Below, piece by piece: positions 21,950 to 34,955 of a stretch of 64,000 nucleotides of DNA. The notes beneath the pieces are model-generated. The model searched no databases. It saw only the letters and a list, made by a program, of their open reading frames with translations, and was not told the origin of the DNA. The DNA is from Mobula birostris (taxonomy: Eukaryota): the NCBI RefSeq assembly GCF_030028105.1, contig NC_092395.1:42932459-42996458 (forward strand), written 5' to 3'. Positions within the stretch are counted from its first letter, which is position 1. Every line of letters begins with the position of its first letter. A program made the translations under genes and the position numbers.

Positions 21950-23040
21950 AGGTATTACAAGATCATAAATATAGGAACTACTTTAGGCCATTTGGCCCAT
22001 TAACTCTGCTCCGCCATTTCGTCATGGCTGATCCATTATCCCTCTCAGCCCCAATCTCCTGCCCTCTCTCATATCCCGTCATGTCCTGACTATACAAGAA
22101 TCTATCAATCTCTGCCTTAAAATATACCCAATGACTTGGCCTCTACAGCCACCTGTGGCAACAAATTCCATAGATTCAGCACTCTCTGGCTACAAGTTCC
22201 TCCTCATGTGCATTCTAACAGAATGCTCCTCTATTCTGAGGATGTGTCTCCTGGTCTTAGGCCATCCATCATGAGAAACATCCTCTCCTCATCCACTCTA
22301 TTAAACCCTTTCAACATCTGATAGGTTTCAATGAGGTCAACCATCATCCTTTTGAATTCCTGTGAGTACAGGCCCAGAGCCATCAAACACTCTTCATATG
22401 ACACATTTTTCAATCCCAGAATCACTTTCATGAACCTCCGTCGAACCTTCTCTGGTTTCAGCACATCCTTTCTTAGATAAGGGGCCCAAAACTTCTTACA
22501 ATACTCCAAGTGAGGCCTTACCAGTGCTTTATAAAACCTCAACATTACATCCTTGCTTTTATATTCTCATCCTCTTGAAATGAATGCTAACACCATATTA
22601 GCCTTCTTCATCATTGACTCAACCTGCAAATTAACCTTCAGGAAATCCTGCACAAGGCATCCCAAGCCCCTTTGCATCTCATATTTTTGCATTTTCTCTC
22701 CATTTATAAAAATAGTCTATCCTTTTATTTCCTCTGACAACACGCATGATCATGCACTTCCCAAAACTGTATTCCATCTGCCACTTCTTTTCCCATCCTC
22801 CTAATCTGTCTGGGTCCTTCTGTAGCCCCTCTACTTCCTCAAACCTACCTGCCCCTCAACCTATCTTTGTATTGTCCATAAACCTTTCCACAAAGCCAAC
22901 AAATCTGTCATCCAAGTTATTGTTATATAACAGAAAAGAAGCAGTGCCAACACACCCCCTGTAGAGCACACATTGTCACTGGCAGCCAACCAGAAATGGC
23001 CTTCCTTTATTCCCACTTTTTGCCTGCTGCCAATCAGCCA
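21950..23040 (-). mobile_element. CR1 LINE 3' portion
   Basis: MLRFYKALVRPHLEYCKKFWAPYLRKDVL ORF and CR1 3'UTR. Truncated by the Nimb insertion. Confidence 0.88.
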
Positions 23041-23042
23041 CT

Positions 23043-23119
23043 GCTTCTTCTTCTTCTTCTTCTTCTTCTTCTTCTTCTTCGTCTTCTTCTTCTTCTTCGT
23101 CTTCTTCTTCGTCTTCTTC
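23043..23119. repeat. (CTT)n/(CGT) microsatellite, the (GAA)n tail of the adjacent I-group element
   Basis: Direct reading. It abuts the element's 3' end. Confidence 0.9.
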
Positions 23120-25780
23120 TATTTCCGGCAGTTTGGACGCATCTAGGCATATTACAGCCCTCCGCAGGATGTCTAATTAATTATAGAACTTCAAGGAATT
23201 CAAATTCTTGAATATAACCTAGTCTCACTTCTAAACTGAATGATAGACTGTTCAATCTGATGTTGGTTCTCTTGATGGCCAAACAGAGATTGAATAGAAA
23301 ACCAAAATAAATGTAAGCCAGATAGCCTGTTGAAAAAATATACTTCTTTCAATTTGGTATCAATTACAGCTCAGTAAAACATGCTGGACTGTCTCTGGAC
23401 TACCACAGTCACATAATCCAGTAGGATGTTTTCCTATTATCTTTAAATAATAGTTTAGCCCACAATGCCCCAACCTAAGTCTTGTTAATTTCACCATATC
23501 TCTACGATTTAAAAAGTAACGGTTTGAGACCTTCTTAACTAGTGGGTGACTAGAAAAATAATGCCTGCCCTTTGATTCTTTTTTCCAATCCTCCTTCCAC
23601 TTCCTCTCTATACCTTTTTAAATCCTACTTCTCAATTCTGCTCTGCCTAGGGGAACTCTAATTTCTACTTGCCTGCTCTGTAAGGAAGCCTTTGCAATGC
23701 CATCCACAATTTCATTTCCCTCCACCCCAGCATGCCCAGGTATCCATGAAAATCTAACTGTACAACCCATCTTCCCTACTCTAAAGAACACTAAGAGAAT
23801 CTCAATAACTGTGTCAGGATGAGCTTTTGATTCATTCACTTTTATAGCTTCTAAGGCAGCAGCAGAATCCGAACAGATGATAACTCTGCATGGTCGAGAG
23901 TCTTCTATCCACCATAAGGCCCAGAGGATTGCTAATAATTCTGTTGCAAAGACAGAAACACCATCTGAAACCCGGTGATCAATCCAAGTTGAGACCCATA
24001 CATCCCAAATCCTGCCCTACTGCTCTCTGGGTCCACTGAACCACCAGTAAAAACCTTCAGATAAGATCCGCATTTTGTTATTTAAACATTAATTTGTGAT
24101 CAACACTGATGAAATTGCTCTGCTTCCTTGAAGCTGAAAAAGGAGGAATAGGTTTACTTCTGGTTCGAGCAAGAACCAAAAAGGTACAGGTGGGAAACAA
24201 ATTTGGTCAACTATGTCTTCCTCAGTCAGTTTCAATTTTACAGCCCAGTTATTAACCAAATCTAAAATTGGATATCTTTTAATTTTACTTTGGCGCTCCG
24301 ACTTCCCCTGCAAAAGTCACTTTGGCGGACAGCTGTGATTGAATCCATTTAGTTTTGCCCAATACTGCAGGCCAAACTGAATTCATCTTAAATGTAGAGA
24401 CACTTCTCCCATCCCCACACATAATGCCGGGACTGATGTTGTTCTAAAAGCTCCACAACAAAGTCTAAGTGCTTTGGACTGCACAGTGTCTAGTTTTCCA
24501 AGCACTGCCGTAGCAGCAGAACCATATGCAATATAACCATAATCTATAACTGATCTAATCATAGCTAGGTATATTAAGTGCATAGTTTCCTGCCCTGCTC
24601 TCCAGTCACATCCAGCAATATTTCTCATAACATTTAAAACTTTCTCACACTTTCCAATTGTTTTATCTATATGAACCTTTCAAATAAGTCTTTCATCAAA
24701 CCAGACACCTAAAAACTTGAATACCTTGACTTTTTCCAGTGGAGAATCATATAGACACAATTCATAATCAGGAATCTTTCTTCTCAAGCTAAAAATCATA
24801 TATTTGGACTTAGAAACAGAAATCCTGAAACCCCATTTTTTAGCCCAGTTTTCAACTGACTTTTGTACCTGCCCTAATATATACTTGATGTTTCTTCCTC
24901 TTTTCCAGATTGCACCATCGTCTGCAAATAATGATTTGCCAAATCCTGTCCCTACCTGATCAAAGATATCATTTATCATGACATTAAAAAGAACTGGACT
25001 AATGACACTTCCTTGAGGGGTACCATTACCTATTTTAACTGACTTGGAGATTGTTCTGCCTATTCTTACTTGAATTGTCCTTTCCTTAAGGAAATCTTTG
25101 ATCCAATTAAACATTCTTCCTCCAATTCCCACATCATGGAGTTTAATTTATAAGCCCTCCTTCCATAGTGAGTCATATGCGTTTTCAATATCTAGAAATA
25201 CACTTACCATTACTTCTCTATTTTGAAATGCTTTTTTAATATCATGATCTAAAAGGGTAACAGATTCCCATTGTTGATCTTCCAGTTCTAAAACTATTTT
25301 GATAGGCAGCAAAATGTCCCTTATTTTCCAAAAAGTAACAAGTCTGTTGGTGACCATCCATTCCATAATTTAACAAAACACTGACGTTAAAGCTATAGGC
25401 TGATAAGAACTAAGACTAGACGTACCCTCACCTGGCTTTAAAACTGGAACTACCACCGCATGCTTCCATTCACTGGTAATTTTCCTTCTTTCCACACTGA
25501 GTTAAACAATGCTAGTATTTCTATTAATACAGAGTCATCTAAATGCTTAAGCAATTCATACCACAATCCATCCCTACCAGGAGATGTGTTTGAACCTGAT
25601 TGGACAGCTTCCTGCAATTCCTGAAGGGAGAAAAGCAAATTTATGGAGCTATTATCATCCAAACTCCTGTCCAATTTCCAACTTTCCTTTAACATGATTT
25701 CCTTTCTCAAATCACCTAACTCTCCAGAACTGTGTAACTCTTGGAACACCTCTGCAAACATATCAACCTTTTCCAGACAA
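23120..25780 (-). mobile_element. I-group (Nimb-like) LINE with RT and RNase H, 5' truncated, frameshifted
   Basis: VFLDIENAYDSLW, GTPQGSVISPVLFNVMIND..LFADDG, FSWIPGHAGVEGNEIVDGIAK (RNase H), (GAA)n tail. Confidence 0.88.
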
Positions 25781-26169
25781 AATTTTCATTTGAGGACACC
25801 GTGCTCACTATGGCCCATTTGATCATATCATGCCTGAATGTGCTGTGTGGATAGTGGAAAGACCGAGAGTTGTCACCACCATATAACAACCTTTGACCTA
25901 ACCCTGTGTCTAAGCTATTTATCTGGCTGGACCATTTGAGCTTTTGGACAATGTTAACCCTCAGGATATTAATGGTGGAGAATTCAGGAATGTTACTGTC
26001 ATTGAATGTCAAGGCTCTGTGATGAGATTCTATGTTCTTGGAGATTGTCATTGCCTGGCACAATAGGTTGCAAATATCTCTTGCCACTTATCAGCATATG
26101 ACTGAATCTTGTCAAGGACTAGGTGGCCTACGGGCTGGGTCTTCAGCATTAGCTAAGGGGTTAAAAGTA

Positions 26170-27030
26170 AAATTGGCCATTCTGCTGCTAAGTTGGTAGA
26201 GTCCTGAAGCACAGATCTTGCAGACTGAGCCTGTGGCAGGAAGTGAATGAACAACAGCAGGGAGAAACATACTTGACCTCAGTCGCACCAATCCACCTGT
26301 GACAGATGGGGACTAATCCCATTTTTACATCGAGGACTCCTTCTGTTGTATGATGTTGTCTGGCATCACAGACATGTTACAGAGAATAAATCCAGAACAG
26401 CTGACAGCTCAGTTCGGGGCATCTCTGAGGCTCTCTGGACTCTCAGCATCAGCAGAATTGTCCACCACCATAAGCTGTAACCTCACAGCCCAGCATATCC
26501 CTGAACCTCCTTCACTGTCAAGCCAGGGCATCTACTCCAGTTGAATGATGAGCACAGCAGGGGTTCTGGGAGCAGCACCAGCCAAACCCAACACTGATGA
26601 GGTCTCGGCATGGAGAAAACACAGCACCGCTTCATTGCTCTGTTCTTTTCATTGCAATAGAAAGGGAAACAGGCTCAGAAAATGTAATGGGAGTGAATTC
26701 ACCATCATCCAATTAAACCCATCAGCTCTGATTAACATTTCCTTCCAAATTCAGTGAATAAACCTGAGAGGTAAAGTTACTCAGACAACCAACGTGACAG
26801 AATTTCTGAAGCAATTCTTGTTCTGAATGTCACAATTCCAGGAGAGAATCAAAGATAATGTCCCTTTAAACAGCCAGTGCCTGATCGATTCTTAAAGTAA
26901 AAAAGGGTGGAATAGAAACTACGATATTTGGGTATTGTCATATAAAAGACAGTTCGTAACGTCTTGTCTCAGTTCTGGCCAGCCCCTCACCTTAAAATAA
27001 CAGCTCATTTCCTGCTGGGGCTGTAGATGA
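26170..27030. other. Inverted third copy (C) of the conserved non-coding element
   Basis: Reverse complement matches 19070-19150 (GAGAAACATACTTGACCTCAG), 62800-62990 and 62645-62675. Confidence 0.8.
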
Positions 27031-27989
27031 TTTTTTTCATGGTTAATTCAGGTTAGGTTTAAATCAGTGGTTGCTGGGCGGCGCAGTGTGAAGGTCTGGG
27101 AGGGCCAATCCCGTGTGGTATGTCTAGATAAACAAAATTAAATAGACTTTGTAGACAGGTGTGTGAGATGAACCTAGCGGAGATTGATTAACTTCGCTCG
27201 GTACTGGACTGCCAAGGATTGGCAGTTGGATGTCATGAGCAGCTTCTTCAAGAAATACATGTTTCATCATTTTAGAAGGTCTCTGGTTTTGTGCATTCAC
27301 TGTGTCTTCTGCTACGTGTTTCCAGAACTTCCATGGAGAGTCAATTAACCTGCTGGTTCTGGAACAAAACAATATAGACCCTGCTTTTTATCATGGGCTC
27401 ATAAATCAATGCTCCCTTGTCTTTGAATTACAGCGTGAAAGGTTCTCTCAGACAGGAGTAAGGTGGCCAAGATAATTTCCATCCTCTCTGCCAGGCCCTT
27501 TGATGGGCAATAACTTTATGGCAGAAAGATGCACCTGTGTGATCTGATATAAATTTCTTTCCAAGAGTGGAGGGGGCATCTGTCAACCTGCCGGGGGCTC
27601 AGAGACACCCAGCTGACTCCTCCAGCTGCATCAGGGTGTGCGATCCATGGCCGACTATTCTATTGATTTCCATATCCTTGCGGCAGAGAGTGGTTTGGAC
27701 AATGATTGCTTTATTCAGACTGGGATTAAATGACCAGCATTAAGGTGTTCTTGCAACCAGGGATCAGGGAGAGTATTTGGAGGAATTTATAGACATGGCC
27801 GTCAGAATTGACAACCATATTTCTGGAAGAAGAAAGGCGTGACGTGACACGACTGCGCAAGCATGTGGACATCAGCCAGTGAGAACAGCGAGAAGATTTT
27901 AAAAGGAGACAGCTTTTTTGAGATGGTGTTGGAGGAGAGGGAGACAGAGTAGAAAGGCTTTGGCTCAATGGGGCTTCGGCGATAATGGG

Positions 27990-29705
27990 TTGAGGTGAGG
28001 TAGGTTTCTGTGTAGATTACAGACAGGAAGTATGTGTGTGAGGCCGGTGTTCTGTGCTCGGTGTCAGATATGGGAAGTCTGGGAGACTTCCAGCCTCCCG
28101 GATGGCCACATCTGCACCAGATGCATTGAGCTGTAGCTCCTTAGGGACTGCGTTAGGGAACTGGAGGTGCAGCTCGATGACCTTCGTCAGCTCAGGGAGA
28201 GAGAAGAGGTGATAGATGCAGCTAATCACACCGGGGCCTGGGGAGACAGATAAGTGGGTAACAGTCAGAAGAGGGAAGGGCTGGAGTCAGAGGCTAGAGA
28301 GCACCCCTGTGGCTGTACCGCTCAACAATAAGTACTCCTGCTTGATTACTGATAGTGGGGGAAGCAACAGTGGCACAGAGTCTGGCCTGTGGCTCGGAAA
28401 GGTAGGGAAAGGAAGAGGATGGCATCTGTGATTGGGGACTTTATAGTTAGGGTGTCAGACAGGCGATTCTGTGGACGCAGAAAAGAAGCACGGATGGTAG
28501 TTTTCCTCCCAGGTGCCAGGGTCTGGGATGTTTCTGATCGCGTCCATGACATCCTGAAGTGGGAAGGTGAACAGCCAGAGGTCATGGTACGTATTGGTAC
28601 CAACGACATAGGCAGGAAAAAGGAGGAGGTCCTGAAAGCAGACTACAGGGAGTTAGGAAGGAAGCTGAGAAGCAGGACCACAAAGGTAGTCACCTTGGGA
28701 TTACCACCTGTGACATGTGACAGAGAGTATAGGAATAGAGTAAGGTGGAGGATAAATGTGTGGCTGAGGGATTGGAACAGGGGGCAGGGATTCAGATTTC
28801 TGCATCATTGGGACCTCTTTTGGGGCAGGAGTGACCTGTACAAAAAGGACAGGTTGCACTTGAATCTGACAGGGACCAATCTCCTGGTGGGGAGGTTTGC
28901 TAAGGCTACTGGGGAGAGTTTAAACCAAGATTGCTGGGGAATGGGAACCAAACTGAAGAGACGGAGGAAAGGGCTGTTGGTTCACAAATGGAGAAAGCTT
29001 AGAGACAGTACAAGAGGGAGGATAGGCAGGTGTTAGAGAAGGCATGTGTCTCTTTGAATGCAAGGAGTATTATGAACAAAACAGATGAGCTTACAGCATG
29101 GATCGGTACTTGGCGCTATGATGTTGTAGTCATTACAGAAGCTTGGATGGCTCAGCGGCAGGAATGGTTACTTCAAGTGCCAGTCTTTAGATGTTTCAGA
29201 AAAGACAGGGAGGGAGGCAAAAGAGGCGGAGGTGTGGCACTGTCGATCAGAGTTAGTGTCACAGCTGCAGAAAAGGAGGGATTGTCAATGGAGTCTCTGT
29301 GGGTGGAAGTTAGGGACAAGAAAGAGTCAATAACTCTACTGGATTTTTTTTATATACTACTCAATTGTAACAGGGACATCGGGGAGCAGATAGGGAGACA
29401 GTTTCTGGGAAGGTGTAACCATAACAGGGTTGCTGTGGTGGGAGATTTTAATTTCCCAAATATTGATTGACATGTCCCTTGAGCGAGGGGTTTAGATGAA
29501 GTGGAGTTTGTTAGGTGTGTTCAAGAAGCTTTCTTGACACAATATATAGATATGCCTACAAGAGGAGAGGCTGTACTTGTATTGGGAAATGAACCTGGTC
29601 GGGGGTCAGATTTCTCAGTAGGAGAGCCTTTTGGAGATAGTGATCACAATTCTATCTCCTTCACCACAGCATTGGAGAGGGATAGGAACAGACAAGTTAG
29701 GGAAA
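27990..29705 (+). mobile_element. CR1 LINE 5' portion: ORF1 (SGNH esterase-like) and ORF2 endonuclease start
   Basis: VIGDFIVR...LPGARV...VRIGTNDIGRK (esterase ORF1); SLNARSIMNKTDEL...VITEAW...GDFNFPNID...SDHNSISF (APE). Confidence 0.92.
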
Positions 29706-30224
29706 TGTTTCCATCTTATTCATTCTCCAGACATTCCCTGAATCCTTGGTTATCTATGGTTACATCTTCATAATAATCGGTTTAACTGGTGTTCTGGCAC
29801 CATTCAGAGCTGCTCGACCCTCTGCTGGGATCAATGCCTTCGAAGAGGTTCTGAGACACCTTCCCCTGGTTCCAAGAGGCTGACCTGATTCTGTTGACAC
29901 ACAGTTCCGCAAGAATGTGGATGTATTTGGTGGATTATCAATTGCATTGACGACTGTGGTTCAGTATATGCCATTGGAAATCATGTATGGGATCATTGAA
30001 ATCTTGATTAATGATGATTGCATAATAGATATAGAAAAGGTGACTGTTTTGACCAATATGACTGATTGGCTTTGATGGTCTTTGCCAATAACATTGATAA
30101 GTGGATAATTGGTTTACTGAAATGTTTGGCAGCTGTGAAAAAGTTCAGCATTTTGATTGACGTCACGGTTTCAGTAGTTCATTGGGTGTTATCAAGGCTC
30201 TTTCACCCAGTTTTAAGAGCAAGA

Positions 30225-30560
30225 GGACTTGCTGTACTGAAATAACATGCTGGGCTTTTTCCAAGGGCTGAAGTAGCTAACACTGGGCGTCATAGTTTCA
30301 AGGTGTTTGGAAATAGGTACAACAGGGATGTCAGAAGCAAGTTTTTTAGATAGAGAGTGGTGGGTGTGTGGGAATGCACTGCCAGTGACAGTGGTAGAGG
30401 CGGATACAATAGGGTCTTTCAAGACACTCTCAGAGAGGTACATGGAGCTTAGAACGATAGGGGGCTATGCAGCTAATTCAAGGCAGTTTCTAGAAAAGGG
30501 TACATGGTCCGCACAACATTGTGGACCGAAATGTGCTGTACATTTCTACGGTCTATAGTC
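30225..30560 (+). repeat. CR1 3'-end fragment
   Basis: NALPVTVVEADTIGSFKTLSERYMELR and a TTTCTA-like tail. Confidence 0.8.
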
Positions 30561-30725
30561 TAGATATGCTTTTAAGTTTGCAACATTTTTTCAGAAGCAT
30601 TCCATGTGAGCTTGTTCGTCACATTCCCAAATTCATGATATCACCCTCCAAAGAGTCCAACTCTGCTATGCACTGTTGACAACAAATACCTGAATTTGTG
30701 CACTGCATGATCTTCTGCTTTTCAG

Positions 30726-30787
30726 CCTTCCCTGACCTATATGAATCTGTAATACAGGCAATAAAGGATTTTCCAATTCCAAATGAG
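30726..30787 (+). CDS. Candidate internal exon of an unidentified gene
   Basis: ttctgcttttcag| ... GAG|gtaaaa, 62 nt. Only one frame is open: (A)FPDLYESVIQAIKDFPIPNE. I do not recognise the protein. Confidence 0.45.
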
Positions 30788-32329
30788 GTAAAACAAAACA
30801 GCTACTGTCAGAATGTGCGAATGTCACAAAGTAATACTTGGGAAACTTTGTACTCAAGACTTGTTACAAGATCGGATGCAGCAAAGATAGGATTTGCTGA
30901 TGTGACAATACCTACTAAACGAAGAGTGTCATTCAGATCCTTTTCATGTTTCCTGACTACATGCTACTCAAAGAGAGTGATTCACAGTCATTAATGATGA
31001 AACTTCAATGGTTGGTTGTTTTCCTGGAACATAGTCAGCGACCTGCCATCTCTCCCAGCAGCTTCTTGAAAGCTTCATATCCTCTATGGTTTAATCAAGG
31101 GGTGAACCAGGACCTTCAGAGTATATAATATATCTATTGGAAAGCTGCATGAAGAAAAGCAGACTAGTAAAGGGATTCTCATGGACAGAGACATTCAGAC
31201 AGTGAACCTTGTGGAGAATTTTGAGATCGAAAGGAAACGAAAATAGAAAGAACGTTTGAGAGGTTGCTTTTACAGATCTACCCCTAACATTTCTGTCACC
31301 AAACAAGGTCCTGCAAGTGTGTGGTCATTCAAGTGACTCGAATATTTCAATGAAGATTACGAGTGCAGATAATTTGGTATCACAAGCTGAGCAACAACAC
31401 ACAACTGTTAATGTTCTAAATAAACAGACATAAACAAAATATAAGCAGTTTTCAGTGCAAGTGTTAATCAGTTCCAATGGAAAAACAAGTGAGGAGACTG
31501 CAGCATTTAGAATTAGTTCCTTGTTACCGAATGATTTTACAGAGGCCTCCAGCGCAAAAAAATCTGTGTCTCATAAATTGTAGATCAGTGTCTGACCTTA
31601 GTTGTAACTTCCTTACACCAGAAATGCTTCCAGCTGATAACAGATAATTAGATGTAGGAAAGATGGTGAAATTGACAAGTTCTGCAGGAAATCAGGATAT
31701 AGTGTTGATGCATTTGTCAATGTAATGGAAAAAGTTGGGGAGGGATGCATAACCAACAATAAGACAGGCATAGCTGGGTGCATATGAATACATATGGTTT
31801 TGAGCTTCTGGAATGTTGTTGAAGCTGTCCTCATCCTGACAACTGGAGAGCATTCCATCACACTACTGACTTGAGCCTTGTCAGTGGTGGACAGTATTTG
31901 ATGAGTTTGGAGGTGAGTTACTCACTAGAGGATTCCAACATCTGATCTGCTTTTTTAGCCATGTTGCGTACTGTATATGGTTCCTTCAGTATCGTGTGAA
32001 TGGTAAGACCCATGGTACAAAAATGCCAGTTGGGAGACTAGCAAGTTGGAAGACATTAAAATGTCGAAGATGAGGCATCCTGGATATATAAAGTTCACCG
32101 AGTTAAACAGCACAGTACCAGCCTCTCTGGCCTAATTAGTCCATGTCAACCAAGATCTCCATCCAGGTTAGTCCCATTTCCTATTGTTTGGCCCATAACA
32201 TTCTAAACATTTCCAATCCAAATACCCTTCCAAGTGTTTTTTAGAAGTTGTTAGTGTACATGTCTCCACCCCTTCCTCTGGCAGTGCATTTCACAAATAT
32301 GCCATACTTTCTGTGTAAAAAAAGTTACC

Positions 32330-33130
32330 TCTCAAGTTTAAAGATTCGTGATTCAAGATTGTTTAATATCATTTCCCGTACACAAGTATAAAGAAAAACA
32401 TAAGAATTGTTACTCTGGATCTGATGCAGCACAAAAGCCCCACGAAAGATAAATAACACAGTAATAAGAATTTAAAAACACTATTAGTATAAATACATAA
32501 GATAGCTTGTATACATTGATTGATTGTCTGTCAACAGAGTGATGCCAGGTTGCACATAAGGTGACTGACAAGAAATAATAAAGTAGTGGTGGAGTTAGTG
32601 TGTAGAGGGGTTGATTCACCTTCCTGCTTGGGGAAAGTGACGGCTTTTGAGTCTGGTGGTGTTGGTGTGGATGTCATGTAGCTCCTCCCTAATGGGAGTG
32701 GGAGAAACTGTCCATGGGGAGGGTTCTGGGATCCTTTATGATTTTACTGGCACTTTTCTGGCACCTTTCTGTATATATGTCCTTGATGGTGGGTATGCTG
32801 CAGGATGACATGAGTATGAATGTGCAAAGTCCAGCTCTCAATTGCCTCTTCAGAAAGTAGAGGTGTTTATGAGCTGTTGTGACTGTGTAGGATGTCTTCT
32901 TGGACCAGGTGTGTGATGTGGTCTCCCAGGAGTTTGAAACTGCTTGCAGTTTCCACTGCTGTGTCGCCCATGTCAATGGGATGCACGAGTTCTGCTGAAA
33001 TTGATCATCTTCTTTGTCTTTCTGACATTTAGGAAGAGGTTATTCACCTAGCAACAGTCTCGACCTCTTCCAGTTCCTCTCTGTAGGCTGTCTCAGCACT
33101 GTTGGTGATGGGCCCTACCTCTGTCATGTA
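32330..33130 (-). mobile_element. Rex1/Babar-type LINE 3' fragment
   Basis: AHKHLYFLKRQLRAGL; CQKSASKIIKDP; tail repeats TTCAAGA near 32350. Confidence 0.8.
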
Positions 33131-33530
33131 AGGTGTTCCCTCTGAACTTAAATCTATGTACTCTTGTGCTTAATTCCCCAAAACACGGAAAAAATACTAT
33201 CCTATCCCTTCATGGTCTTATACACCTCTCTGTGATCAGTTCCAACCTCATTCACCTCTCCCTATAACTCAGTCCCTTAAGTCCTGGCAACTTGTAAATC
33301 TTGCCAATAACTGCATTCTTTCCAGTTCAATAATATCTTTCCAACAGCAGTGCAAACAACACTGAACATAATACACCAAGTGTAACCATTGCAGCATCCT
33401 GTACAACAGCACCATGGCCTCCCAACTCTTATACTCATTGCTGTGACTGATGAAGTCCAATGTGCCAAGAGCTTTTGTTACCACACAGGCTACCTGTGAC
33501 TCCACTTTCAGTTAAGCTTGTACTTGCACT

Positions 33531-34294
33531 TGTCACATATCCCGTGAGTATGCTATTGAAATGATGTAATTGCCTGATGCCATTGGAATTATGTAATGGT
33601 CTCGTGCCATTAGAATGATGTAATTGTCTTGTGATAGTGGGGTGATGTGATATCATGTGATGACATGTTTCAACTAGTATAAAAGGGGAAACCGCAGTTG
33701 TTGCGTAGTTCGTTTTGGTGACTTCCGTTGGTAGTTAAGCCATCGGAGAAGAAGAAAGAGCGAGAGTGAAGAATCCCCAGCCCCGAACGAACCCTAAAAG
33801 GATTTGGGGTTATCCTGCAGCATTCGGCACAGTACGGGTGTGACATGTGGAATCGTTCACACGTGGCACGAATATTTTGTTCACCCTAAGATGGCAAGGG
33901 TTGTGCGATGATCACTTTGTTGAAAGGTCAGTTACATTGAGAAATCGTATTCTGCGTCATAACAAGGCATTGCGGCTGGGAGCTGCGTCAGCAGTGACAT
34001 CTTTACTTTGGGGACTGTTTGAAAGCTGGTTTGGAAAGTCTCTCCTCTCGACTATTTTCAGGAATTTTTTGGACTTATTAAATTAACACCTTAAGACTTA
34101 AGTGCTTTAATAAGATCTGTTAAGAATTGTCTTTAAATTTGACCGTTTGATCACAAATGACACATAACGCTGTTACTATCCATCTTAAGTTAATTGTTTG
34201 TTTACTGTCCATGTTTTTGAGTAGAGGTTAATAAATGTTGTTTATTTTATAAAAACTTGACTCAAATTCATCTCTATTTTTACTGGTTATAACA
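33531..34294 (+). mobile_element. Solo LTR (764 bp) with 4-bp TSD CACT, inserted in an old CR1 fragment
   Basis: TGTCACA...TAACA termini. CACT at 33527-33530 and 34295-34298. TATAAAA at ~33678 and AATAAA at ~34230. Confidence 0.9.
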
Positions 34295-34394
34295 CACTCC
34301 AAGGTAGCCCTTTACACCATCACTCCATATTCATGTGAAAGTTCGACCTAGATTTGATCTTCCAAAATGCAATGCTTTGCACTTAGAAATACCG

Positions 34395-34955
34395 AAACAT
34401 AGAAACATAGAAAACCTACAGCACAATACAGGCCCTTCGGCCCACAAAGCTGTGCCGAATATGTCCCTACCTCAGCACTACCCAGGCTTTTCCCATTGCT
34501 CTCTATTTTTTAAGCTGCATGTAGCCAGCCAAGAGTCTCTTAAAAGACACTTTCATTTCTACATCCACCACCACCACTGGCAGCCCATTCCACATACTCA
34601 CCACTCCCTGCATAAAAAACTTAGCCCTGACATCTCCTCTGTACCTAATTCCATGCACCTTAAAACTATGCCCTCTCATGCTAGCCATTTCAGCCCGCAT
34701 GATCAATGTCTCTCACTATCTTGGACACCTCTATCAAGTCACCTCTCATCCTCCATCGCTCCAAGGAGAAAAGGCCAAGTTCACTCAACCTATTCTCATA
34801 AGGCATGCTCCCCAATCCAGGCAACATCCTTGTAAATCTCCTCTGCACCCTTTCTATGGTTTCCACGTCCTTCCTGTAGTGAGGCGACCAGAATTGAGCA
34901 AAGTACTCCAAGTTGGGTCTGAGCAGGGTCCTATATAGCTACAACATTACCTCTC
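34395..34955 (-). mobile_element. CR1 3' end, 5' truncated, with (TTCTATGT)-type tail
   Basis: EYFAQFWSPHYRKDVETIERVQRRFTRMLPGL. AGAAACATAGAAA repeats at 34395-34415. Confidence 0.9.

Noticed and set aside
22996-23211. Poly-Leu ORF resembling a signal or transmembrane peptide
   Set aside because: It is the translation of the (CTT)n retroelement tail.
26670-26865. Possible decayed Ig-superfamily exon (C...SEAILVL..T....QR*C) in the three-copy element
   Set aside because: It needs frameshifts, the TAA before TGT is present in all three copies, and there is no conserved Trp.
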